Of a DNA stretch of 64,000 nucleotides, positions 50,601 to 62,600 are shown piece by piece. Below the pieces are notes generated by a model. That model was not told the origin of the DNA and made no database searches. It worked only from the letters and a program-made list of their open reading frames with translations. Each line of letters opens with the position of its first letter. The first letter of the stretch is position 1. Source of the DNA: Macrostomum hystrix (Eukaryota; Animalia; Platyhelminthes). Location: NCBI GenBank assembly GCA_950097015.1, contig CATNEN010000039.1:5146001-5210000 (forward strand). The letters are read 5' to 3'. The position numbers and the translations under genes were made by a program.

Positions 50601-53600
50601 AGCAGCCATGGACTGTTCTGACCGATGCCGCTGCTTGAGCGGCCATGGACTGTTCTGACTGATGCCGCTGCTTAAGCAGCCATAGACTGTTCTGTACCCC
50701 ACTTAACAAGTGCGCGAGGCCCAGCCCCTCGTGAATTTATTCACCTTCTTGCGTTCCCTTCTGCATTTCGCATTAACGACTTACATGTAGTTACACCTTA
50801 CTTAATGCTTGAACTTTTCTTTAGGCTTGTATATTTGACCTTGTACATCGAATGACTTTGATTTTATAGCTAGTTTTCTTGGAATGCTACTCTTTTTCGA
50901 GAATCGTCTCTCTCCGTCAACTAAAAATATCTCTAGTAGACAATTAATTCGCAATGTGAATTTCCCAGTTGTGAAATAATTCGTCTAGCATTATATTATA
51001 TGAAAGCAGAAATTATATATACATATATATATATATGTTTTTGTTATGAAACAATAATCAGTCAAGTTGAACCACTTCCAGGACTACCGCTCACCGGGTG
51101 CTCCCAGAGTTCGCTGGGCTGGGGTGGTGTCTGCAGCAGGGCCATCGACGGAAACACAAACCAGAACTATGGCAGCGGCTCGTGCACTCACACCAACCTG
51201 GAGAATTCTGCCTGGTGGGCTGCCAGGACACAGAGACCTGCTCACATCCAGCAGGTAAAGATCTTCAACAGACTCGACTGCTGCTCAGACCGACTCACGA
51301 ACTTCGTGATCACAGTCGATGGTCGGGAGTGCGCGTCCTACAACTCGAGCGCCTTCAGCGTAAAAACTTTCCAGTGCAACGAAGTGGGCAGCGTTATTAA
51401 GATCAAGAGCCGCAAGATAACCTACCTGACCCTGTGCGAAGTGCAGGTGTTCGGTGGCTACCTTGGCAGTGAGGCATTTAGACATGTTTCTATTTTATCT
51501 GAGCTCATTCGTTATAGACAGCTGAAAACCCTGAATGGTCTTCTTGACTCTGTGAAAAAAGCTCTACATTTTGTCAGCCTTTAGACACTAAAATTGATTA
51601 TATGCTTAAAACCTGACTTTCGCTCAACAACAGCTCAACTGTCACTTGCCGGGTGCTCCCAGAGTTGGGCTATCATGGGTGGCGCCTGCAGGAGGGCCAT
51701 CGACGGAAACACAAACCAGAACTATGGCTGCAGCTCGTGCTTTCACACCAACCTGGAGAATTCTGCCTGGTGGGCTGCCTGGACTCTGAGACCTGCTCAC
51801 ATTAAGTACGTGAAGATCTTCAGCAGACTCGACTGCCGCTTAGACAAACTCATGCACTTTATGATCACAGTCGACGGTCAGGAGTGCGCGTCCTACGACT
51901 CGGGCGCCTTCAGCGTAAAAACTTTCCAGTGCAACAAAACGGGCAGCATTATTACGATCAGGAGCCTGAGTACCGAGCTGACCCTGTGCGAAGTGCAGGT
52001 GTTTGGTGACTACGCTTCAGAAAACCTTGGCGGTGAGGCATTTAGACATGTTTCTCTTTTATCTGAGCTCATTCGTTATAGACAGCTGAAAACCCTGAAT
52101 GGTCTTCTTGACTCTGTGAAAAAAGCTCTACATTTTGTCAGCCTTTAGACACTAGAATTGATTATATGCTTAAAACCTGACGTTCGCCCACCAACAGCTC
52201 AACTGTCACTTGCCGGGTGCTCCCAGAGTTCGCTGAGCTCGGGTGGTGTCTGCAGCAGGGCCATCGACGCAAACACAAACCAGAACTATGACGGAAGCTC
52301 GTGCTCTCGCACCAAATTTGAGAATTCTGCCTGGTGGGCGGCCAGGACTCAGAGACCTGCTCACATTAAGTACGTGAAGATCTTCAACAGACTCGACTGC
52401 TGCTCAGACCGACTCACGAACTTCGTGATCACAGTCGACGGTCGGGAGTGCGCGTCCTACAACTCGGGCGCCTTCAGCGTAAAAACTTTCCAGTGCAACA
52501 AAACGGGCAGCAATATTAAGATCCAGAGCCGCAAGACACCGGGCTTGCTGATGCTGTGCGAAGTGCAGGTGTTCGGTGACTACGATGGCGGTGAGGCATT
52601 TTGACATGTTTCTCTTTTATCTGAGCTCATTCGTTATAGACAGCTGAAAACCCTCAATGGTCTTCATGACTCTGTGAAAAAAGCTCTACATTTTGTCAGC
52701 TTTTAGACACAAAAATTGATTTTATGCTTAAAACCTGACGTTCGCCCACCAACAGCTCAACTGTCACTTGCCGGGTGCTCCCAGAGTTCGCTGGGCTCGG
52801 GTGGTGTCTGCAGCAGGGCCATCGACGCAAACACAAACCAGAACTTTGTCGGCAGCTCGTGCTCTCGCACCAAATTTGAGAATTCTGCCTGGTGGGCGGC
52901 CAGGACTCAGAGACCTGCTTACATCAAGTACGTGAAGATCTTCAACAGACTCGACTGCTGCTCAGACCGACTCACGAACTTCGTGATCACAGTCGATGGT
53001 CGGGAGTGCGCGTCCTACAACTCGAGCGCCTTCAGCGTAAAAACTTTCCAGTGCAACGAAGTGGGCAGCGTTATTAAGATCAAGAGCCGCAAGATAACCT
53101 ACCTGACCCTGTGCGAAGTGCAGGTGTTCGGTGGCTACCTTGGCAGTGAGGCATTTAGACATGTTTCTATTTTATCTGAGCTCATTCGTTATAGACAGCT
53201 GAAAACCCTGAATGGTCTTCTTGACTCTGTGAAAAAAGCTCTACATTTTGTCAGCCTTTAGACACTAAAATTGATTATATGCTTAAAACCTGACTTTCGC
53301 TCAACAACAGCTCAACTGTCACTTGCCGGGTGCTCCCAGAGTTGGGCTATCATGGGTGGCGCCTGCAGGAGGGCCATCGACGGAAACACAAACCAGAACT
53401 ATGGCTGCAGCTCGTGCTTTCACACCAACCTGGAGAATTCTGCCTGGTGGGCTGCCTGGACTCTGAGACCTGCTCACATTAAGTACGTGAAGATCTTCAG
53501 CAGACTCGACTGCCGCTTAGACAAACTCATGCACTTTATGATCACAGTCGACGGTCAGGAGTGCGCGTCCTACGACTCGGGCGCCTTCAGCGTAAAAACT

Positions 53601-56600
53601 TTCCAGTGCAACAAAACGGGCAGCATTATTACGATCAGGAGCCTGAGTACCGAGCTGACCCTGTGCGAAGTGCAGGTGTTTGGTGACTACGCTTCAGAAA
53701 ACCTTGGCGGTGAGGCATTTAGACATGTTTCTCTTTTATCTGAGCTCATTCGTTATAGACAGCTGAAAACCCTGAATGGTCTTCTTGACTCTGTGAAAAA
53801 AGCTCTACATTTTGTCAGCCTTTAGACACTAGAATTGATTATATGCTTAAAACCTGACGTTCGCCCACCAACAGCTCAACTGTCACTTGCCGGGTGCTCC
53901 CAGAGTTCGCTGAGCTCGGGTGGTGTCTGCAGCAGGGCCATCGACGCAAACACAAACCAGAACTATGACGGAAGCTCGTGCTCTCGCACCAAATTTGAGA
54001 ATTCTGCCTGGTGGGCGGCCAGGACTCAGAGACCTGCTCACATTAAGTACGTGAAGATCTTCAACAGACTCGACTGCTGCTCAGACCGACTCACGAACTT
54101 CGTGATCACAGTCGACGGTCAGGAGTGCGCGTCCTACAACTCGGGCGCCTTCAGCGTAAAAACTTTCCAGTGCAACAAAACGGGCAGCAATATTAAGATC
54201 CAGAGCCGCAAGAGGACCTACCTGACCCTGTGCGAAGTGCAGGTGTTCGGCAACTACGTTGATCAGGTGCCAGTCGAAACAACCCAGGTCCATATTCACG
54301 AGGAACCCGTTCAAGTGACTTCAACTGAGGTGCAGGAGCTGCCGCCAATCACCACCGGTGAGTTCAACTCAGAAAGTGAAATGCGTTTAACTTTCAATGC
54401 TAGCCAATTAGTCCAATTATTATAAGCCGTTTGTGCACGGCACATGGCAGTTTAAGAAGGACGCCTTTAATTAGAAAACATAACCACCTGTTGCTCAAAG
54501 TACAGATTTCATATCACCTAATTGCACTTATCAGAAACGGTCGTCAACGGTGAGAAGCCTGGCTAAATAGGCTACAGCCTAAATTGGTTTTGATTTTTTC
54601 GTATTAAGCCGTTAATAATTCGATTTGTTATTTTTCTAATTTCAGAAAACTAAGAAGTTGCGCTGCAGGAGCTACAAATTCTGCAGCCGAATTCTGAAAT
54701 TAATTTCAAACTGGAATTTGCTTCTCGGTTCTGCTGATTTTCTGAGAGCTGTCAGTTGACCTTTTGAACTTTACCTATAAAGCTGCAAAAACTTAAGTCT
54801 TAAGTGTTAGCTAGTTTTTTGCTCATTCACTTAACTCTTCAAGAAAGTGATCTAGTATGCTGAACACCCTATACTCGAAGCAAATATATGGTTACCAAGA
54901 TATTTCCTTTCTCATGCAACTCAAGGTTTTGCCTATTGTCTTTCTTTGCAAGATGGGCGCTTGCGGGCGTCCTTATTCAAAGAGCAGCTGTTCGCGTCGA
55001 TGAAGAGGACAGGGGCTTCTACCTCGAGTGAGAATTCATCTCAAGACACATTTAACATTGAATCTCCGATGCTTCAACCAATGCGGAAATATTAACTGAT
55101 AAATATATTTATTTTCTTTAGAGTGGTTAAGAAATCTGGTTTTCGGGATTATTTCTTCTTAGGTATTTTTGCCTAAAGGACCAGGGAAGAGATCAAGCTG
55201 AGAAGCGAAACGGAACACTGAAACGTTCACTTGTTTGACGCTGAAAAATTCCTAAAAATAGAAATAAGAATGCGCCAGACATTGCAGATCAGCTATATCC
55301 AGATAAGCAGAGAGCAATCAAAAGAAGCTGCCGCCGAGAGCTGACGGACTCGCTGGCGGACGAAAACGGAGCCTTGTTCCGATCTAGACTGCTGAACGAT
55401 CTCGCAAAGGCTGTAAAGTCTTCGGATGCGCAAGAAACTGTGGTCGAGATGCGCAAGGGCGACACTGTGGTTGCCAGCGCTACCTTCGACGTGGCTACCG
55501 ACAGCGCTAGTCTGAACTCCGAGAACTGGTTCACGCCGAACAGGCTGGTTAAGTCCTACCCCTACTGGATCGGCAAGGGTCGCTACCAGGCTTTCTCAAT
55601 CACCGGAGACTCCTGGGGCACATTCCAGCGGAACTTCTAGATCCAGTTTGTGCACGGAGGCTGCTTCGGCGACATCGGTTTCATGGGCATCGGCGACTCT
55701 CTCGCCGAGACATGCGGCTGGGCCAACCGAGGACTCCACGGCGCTCCGCCAGTGCTGTTCTACTCCACCAAGCTGCACGTGGCGTATGAGAACCACAGCG
55801 TGCACTATGCCGAGCAGTTTGTCATCTATTTGAGTACGTTTGAGCGCGTTTATATTCCGAAACATTTTCTTGTACGAGTACTTATAAAGCAACATGCGAA
55901 TTTAAAACAAACAATTCAATAGAGCGCCGCATGATTTTTCTTTTCAGAGACAGCGATCCGGCCATATTTATTTGGTGAGCATTTCATACTGTACTGCTTT
56001 TCAAGTGAATTTTTTATTGACCGAAAATCGAACACTGCAAGACACCTGCTGCGGCGCCATGAACGAGCGCGCTTTTCAATTTTTCGATTAAATATTTGGA
56101 GTCCATCTTACAAGCATCAAAAGAAAAAATCGATTTTAGACTAAATTTTGGATCAGCTTAATCAGAATATTCGCTCTTAGAGAACGATTTTGCGTGTGGA
56201 CACTGCTAAAACAGATCAGGATATTTCCATTCGATTTTTTTTTCGCGTTTTTAGAAGGTGGCAAAGCTCTGCTATTCACCATTGCGGCTCACAGCGGAAA
56301 AAACCCTCTGACCGAGTACCAAAACACAAACGCCGATGACAGCGTGCCGCAGGGCACCCACGATCTGCCGCAGGTCTTCCGATCTTGTCTCCTTAACAAC
56401 CTGCCGAGAACGATCCGAGATGTCGGCACAAGCCAGATCGTTGCTGAAATGCGCACGAATGCAAAAGTCGTTGCTAGAGCCGTGTTTGACGTCGCTACGG
56501 ACTCTGCCAGTTTGAATTCGGAAACTGGTTTACACCCAGCAGGCTGTTGTCAACCACCCTTTCAAGATTGATAAGAGTCGACACTTCCAGGGTTTCTCAA

Positions 56601-59600
56601 TCGCTGGCAATTCGTGGGGCACCTTTCAGCGGAACTTCTACATCCAGTTTGTGCATGGAGGCTGCGGCGGTGACATCGGCTTCATGGGCATCGGCGACTC
56701 TCTCGCCGAAACATGCGGCTGGGCCAACCGAGGACTCAAGGGGGTGCCTCCGGTGCTGTTCTATTCTACAAAACAAGACAAAGTCTACGAGCAGTCAGTG
56801 AAGTATGCCGATCCCCTTTTGATTTATATGAGTAAGTTACAAAGAAGCAGCAAATCTAATATTATAGTTGTGACATTTCAAAGGCAGCATCTGCCTTTTT
56901 GCTACCTCAAATTTTAGAGCCCAAAGTCGAGCGCTTCATTATTTCTGGTAAGTTAATCAAGCATTATCCAAGCAAATTACTAGACCTGCACGCACTTTTT
57001 CGCACCTGTAACGATTTCTTATGCAACAAATTGAGTCCTCGCAGTAAGAGCCCGTCCATACGGCCGAGAGCCAATTCAGGCCGAGAGTTAAAATATATTT
57101 AAGTTTGACAGAGCGATAAGGAAGGGGGGTTGGTAGGGTAACATGTGCGCGGACTGGCCAGAGGTAAGAGATGAAACGCAGGGGAAGGAAAGAGAGACGA
57201 GGTGAGAGCCAATCAGAGCCGAGAGAGAAGATTAGGCTAATAAATAAATTGAACAGGCAGGGGGAGAGAGGAGAGAGTACATTAAGAGGGCGCGCGAAGT
57301 GAGAAACCAGGGAGAAGTTAATACACTCCCCCCAAAAAATAATACGACGTGATTTATTTTTTTTGCTTAAAGTTGAAAAAAGTTAAAGTAACGAAAGGTA
57401 ACGAATCGTAGATGTTGGAGCACAAATGTCTCGATTTACACTCGTAATTAGCAAAATTTGAAAAAACCCAACACCGAAAAACAGGAGCAAAAGCAAAGAA
57501 AGCAAAGAAAGCAAAAAAAAAATTGAGCCGATGCGACACGCGAGTCAAAGCACGGCACGCGGGTATATAAAACCCCAACCCCCCCACAAGGGGTGGGTGA
57601 GAAGGCAGCGAGAGAAAAGGGGGTGGGTGGATAACACCCATTACACGACAGGCCCTTACAAGAGCCCGCCGTGTAATGGAGACATGAAAAAACTAATCAG
57701 AGATCGAGAATTCTAGTGGAACGAGAGCCTGCACGGGTCTCCTAATGCACTCCGCCCTCCGAGAGTCAGCAGACCAGGCCAAACGGACCTGCTGACACCA
57801 CCGTGAAACACAAGTTTGTGGCAGTGATCGATAAGTAGACGCTCGAGCGGAGCATAGTGAGGCAAAAGAATCGGATTGTTAACTTGGAACGGCACATTGT
57901 TCGAGAGGCGGCCTCGACAACGGATGAGTCCGGAGCCGTCAATGAAAAGATTAAGATTGCGACTGAGTTGAGTCGACGCAGTTTTGTTGCGTAAATGATT
58001 TAACTCTGCAGAGAAGCAGACTTCCTGATAGTCTGAGATCCAAAGATTCTGACTTTCAGTAAGTTCTTGAGCTGTAATAGGCGAAGTACGCTTGTCTCCC
58101 CCAGTGACTGATTCTTTAATATTGTAGATGAATCGACGGACCCATGCAGTTGTCCGAAGCAGTTTTGTCCAGTTGGAAAACTTTGTCAAGTCAATGATTG
58201 ACGAGATTGACGATGGAGTCGAAATACGACCTGAATTATTGTTCGTTTCGGCTGTCGACATTGCAGCCGATTTAGACTCTAGTGTTTCTAGGTTCGCTGA
58301 ACTACATGTATGTACTGTTTCTGATACTGAAGTCGCTACATGTAGAGTGAGATCGGCTTCAGAGAAGACTGCATTTGTCTCCCGAACGTCTTTTTGAAGC
58401 TGCTTTTGCAGCTGCGTTTTGACCGGTGAGCAGAGGAAAGAGGGGCCGTGTAGCCACGTGTCGTTGTGAATGAGCTTTTCGAGTGAGCATCCGCTTGACG
58501 GCAAGTCAGCTGGGTTTTGCTCCCCAGGCACGTGAAACCATTCGGATGGCGAAGAGAGACGTCGAATTTCATTGACTCTGTTCTGAACAAACTGTTTCCT
58601 CTGTTTGGACTCATTTTTGATCCACTGCAAGGTGTTCATACTGTCTGTCCAGAAGTTGCGAATAATTGACGGGAAATTCTGCGAAGTCACGTGCATCAGA
58701 CGGATCAAGATTAATGCTGCGAGAAGCTCTAGTCGAGAAATTGACATCTGGGAGATCGGTGCAACTCGCGTTTTCGACGTCACCAGATTGGATGACGTGG
58801 AACCGTCTGTGTAGGTTGCAGTCACGTAGATGCACGCCGCAAATGCCTTTTCGCTGGCATCGCAGAAGCCATGCAAGGTGATTTGGGTAGGCTTTTGAGC
58901 AGATTTAAAGAGAAACCGTGGAACTTCGAACGTATGCACTTGAAGCGATTTGAGCCACTGATTCCAGGTTTGACAAATGTCGGCGGGGATCTCTTCGTCC
59001 CAGGACAGTTTGCGAATGCACAGTTGTTGCAGGAGGCACTTTGCAAGAGTAAGAATATGGGAAATTAGACCGAGTGGATCATACAGCTTCGCGAGAAAGG
59101 CTAGGATCGACCGTTTAGTAGGTAGCTGAAGTGAGGCTAATTCTGCATATTGACGGAAGTCGAGAATTAGAGAATCGCGAACTGAATCCCATCGAACGCC
59201 AAGAACCTTCTCGGTATGCCCAACGTCTTCTGAGGGAACACCCGAAAGAAATGGCTGAGAGTTTGATTGCCACTGTCGCAGGTTCATTCCCGCAGACATG
59301 AAAATTGCCTTAGCTTCCTGACGCAATTGATGCGCGTCATCCACGGAGTCACAACTTTTCACTAAGTTGTCAACGTACATGTCGCGGCTGAGAATTGAGG
59401 TGCTTTTAGGATATTTCGACTTTTGAGTTTCGAGATGGTGCAGAATTGTGACTTTCAGAAGAGCCGGTGAACAGGTGAGACCGAAGGGAACGCGGCAAAA
59501 TCGGTACTGAACGATTGGACCTTCAACATCGGGATTGTCCGTCTGGTGCCAAAGGAAGCGAAGATAATCTCTGTCTCCAGGATCAATCGCGACTTGAAGA

Positions 59601-62600
59601 AAAGCCTTTTCAATGTCTGCTTGAATCGCTACCGAGTTCCATCGGAACCGAATCAGCAGCGCCGGAATCTGTGGAAAATCATTCGGTCCGATTTGTAGAA
59701 GATCGTTAATCGAAAGGTCACATTTGTTCCGCTTGGCCGAACCGTCATAAACGATTCGTAGCTTTGTGTGTTCACTGTCAGATTTGGCAACACACGAGTG
59801 AGGCAAGTAGTGAACTACGGATTGTGGTTTCCGCAAATCTGACGGGGAAACTCGTTCGATAATCCCGGAATTTTCCTGGTCAGCAAGGATGTCGTTGTAC
59901 TTAGCTTGAAGAAGCGGATCTTTGGAAAGCGTGCGCATCATTGAACGCAATCGACTGTAAGCTAGATCGAAGTGGTTATTGAGCGAAGGTTGTGCATCTG
60001 AGTGCTTCCACGGAAGCTGGACAGAGTAGCGATCGTGAGCAAAGTGAGGAGCACAGTGGAAGGGCTCAACATCGTCTTTTGAACCGGGTTCAGCGATCCC
60101 TAGCGTTTCGAGCTTCCAAAAGTGGGACAGCTGTTCATCGCTACTGAATTCTTCGCGAGCGGCGCAGCACAGAGTTTGCACCGCAGTGCAGGCAGCACCG
60201 TCTGGCGAGTCTGAGACGATTTCGTCTTGGCCTGCAGCAATGGTCAATGGACCACAGAGGACAAAGCCAAGTTTGGTTGCAATGGCTACTGGACCTGAAG
60301 TGCCTCTGATTATCTGATCCTTGACTATCTGGTAATACTGGTCAGATCCAACCAGAAGAGAAATCGGCGCAGAGGCATCACGAGGATCGAATGGGTCAGC
60401 CAAGTCAAGGTTGCGAAGATGGTCATAGCTGTTGGTCAGGATTGAGCGCTGAGGTTGTCAAATGTCTTTGACGATGTTGGCGTCAAGATGGATGACCTGC
60501 GGTGAGTCGATTTTGCGGAGTGAGAGTGAGAGTTGCCAGAGTCTACAACAGAGCTGAGACCTGAGAAGGCTGAGACTTGTAGACGTTCTGCTTTGGCAGG
60601 ACTGATGCCAAGCAACTGGCAGACGTCTTTTCGAACGCAAGTTCGATTGCTCGCCGTATCGAGCAGGACGCGAACCATCAGCTCTCGAGAGCCGTCAGCA
60701 CTGATCAAGATCGCCTTAGCGACCGGAAGGACTACTGCTGGATTGCGATGTACGAACATGCTGAGAGATTGAGAATTTGGTGTGCTTTCACTGGTTCGAG
60801 CAGTACAGGTGAGAGTATCACCCGTAGATTCAGTGGTTTGAGATTGAGGAGCGGTACGCTGAATTTGTTGTGAATCGGTAGTGAGACACTGCTCTTTTCT
60901 AGGAATGATTTTTTGTGTCTTTTTTTTTATTATTCTGCTTAAGGTCGCCAGCCTTGTCCTGGTGAACTTTCGAACCTGTGGCACAAATGCTGGAATGATG
61001 ATTACCGGAGCAATTGCGACAGCTGCGATTGTCAGGGCAGTTTTTTACCGTGTGACCTGTGCGTAGGCAACGGATGCAGCGAGAGTTCTTCACCAGAAAT
61101 TCTTTTCGGGCAGCGATGGATGATAACTTCGGGCAATGCTCAGATGAGTGATCAGCGCGACAATAGGTGCAGAAAATTTTCTGAGAGGACTTTAATTGCG
61201 AATACGATCGATTCGGCTGTGAGGGCGTCGTTTTTTGCGAGACTAGAGCACAGGCGGAGCCAAGTCTAGCGGAGTTTGAGGACCCGTAAGATTTGTCGGA
61301 GCTGGTGGATTTGTGAGACTCGGCACCTGCGGCCTGGTGGATTTGAATCTCGATTTTCAGACACTTAAGGAGCGAAGCAACTGAATCGATCTCCTTGCCC
61401 ATGTGACTAGCCGAGCGATGCAACTCCAAACGAAAATCAGGCGGGCAACGCTTTAGGAGGCTTGAGAGAAAGAGAGTTTCGTAGGAGGACTCAGAGACCC
61501 CTTGATTTTTTAGACTGAGAGTCGCGGCGAGAATGTCGTCATGAAAGCGCTGCAGCTCTTGCAGGGAGGTATTTGCGAGGCGGAGATCGGAGAACTGCGA
61601 CATAAGATCGCGGATGATCAGATCCTGATTGCCAAGTCTCTCTTTAAGAGTGGCCAATGCCTCAGAGTAGTTGGCCGCAGTGACTGCAAAACCACGAATT
61701 GAGGCTCGAGCAGAGTCAGACAGAGAGTCGAGAAGATAGTTAAATTTGTCGAAATCCGAAAGAGTGGGATTTGAATCAATTGACGACGAGAACTGATCCC
61801 AGAAAGGTTGCCATTCAGAAATTGAACCCTCGAAGACTGGGATTTGCTGGGATGGATGACTGCTTAACTGCTGGATGATCGTACGACAATTTGGTGGAAG
61901 TGAACTTTTCTAGAAGCTTAATCGTGCGCTTTGCGTGCAGTGAATAGGTCTGGCTTTGTTCTTGCTCATCATCAAGCTGCTCAGTCTCAATAGCGAACTC
62001 AATTTGACTGTCGAGCTCGTTCATCTGATCAAGCTTAGTTTTGAGCACTTCAAGAAGAGCCTCGGCATCTGCCACATTCTTAGAATCGAACCGCGAGCCG
62101 CTTTCCAGAACTTTTTCGGCTTTGCGATAGCCTTCGTCACGTTAGAGCGAACAACACCGCGTCTGCGACTCAATTCCGAAAATTCTTCCTTCGACAACGG
62201 CATGACCGACAGACTGACAACTGGAACGTTGGACCCAAGACTGGGAGATCTCGAAGGACAGAGCGCAAAAGAGGGACCCACAAAAGGTAAATAGCTCACA
62301 AAAATACAAAGGGAACAGAGAGTGAGAGAAAACTAAAACTGTTTCGAGCTGCAGATAGAATTCAAAACGGACAAATTCAGGTAGAATTTCAACTTGCGAT
62401 CGACACTGCCGATTGAGCTGATGTGCCCCTGGATCCAGAACTGCTAATCACACACGGCTGAGAAGTGAGGCTGTCGAAGTTGATCTCGCACGTCACAGGT
62501 AACAGGCGTGTAAGCTTGCAGAGCAGCCGGCCGTCGAATGCGAAGGCCAAGTCCACGAAGAGCGCGAGCCGAGATAGAGAGAGAGAGAGAAGCCGTAGCA

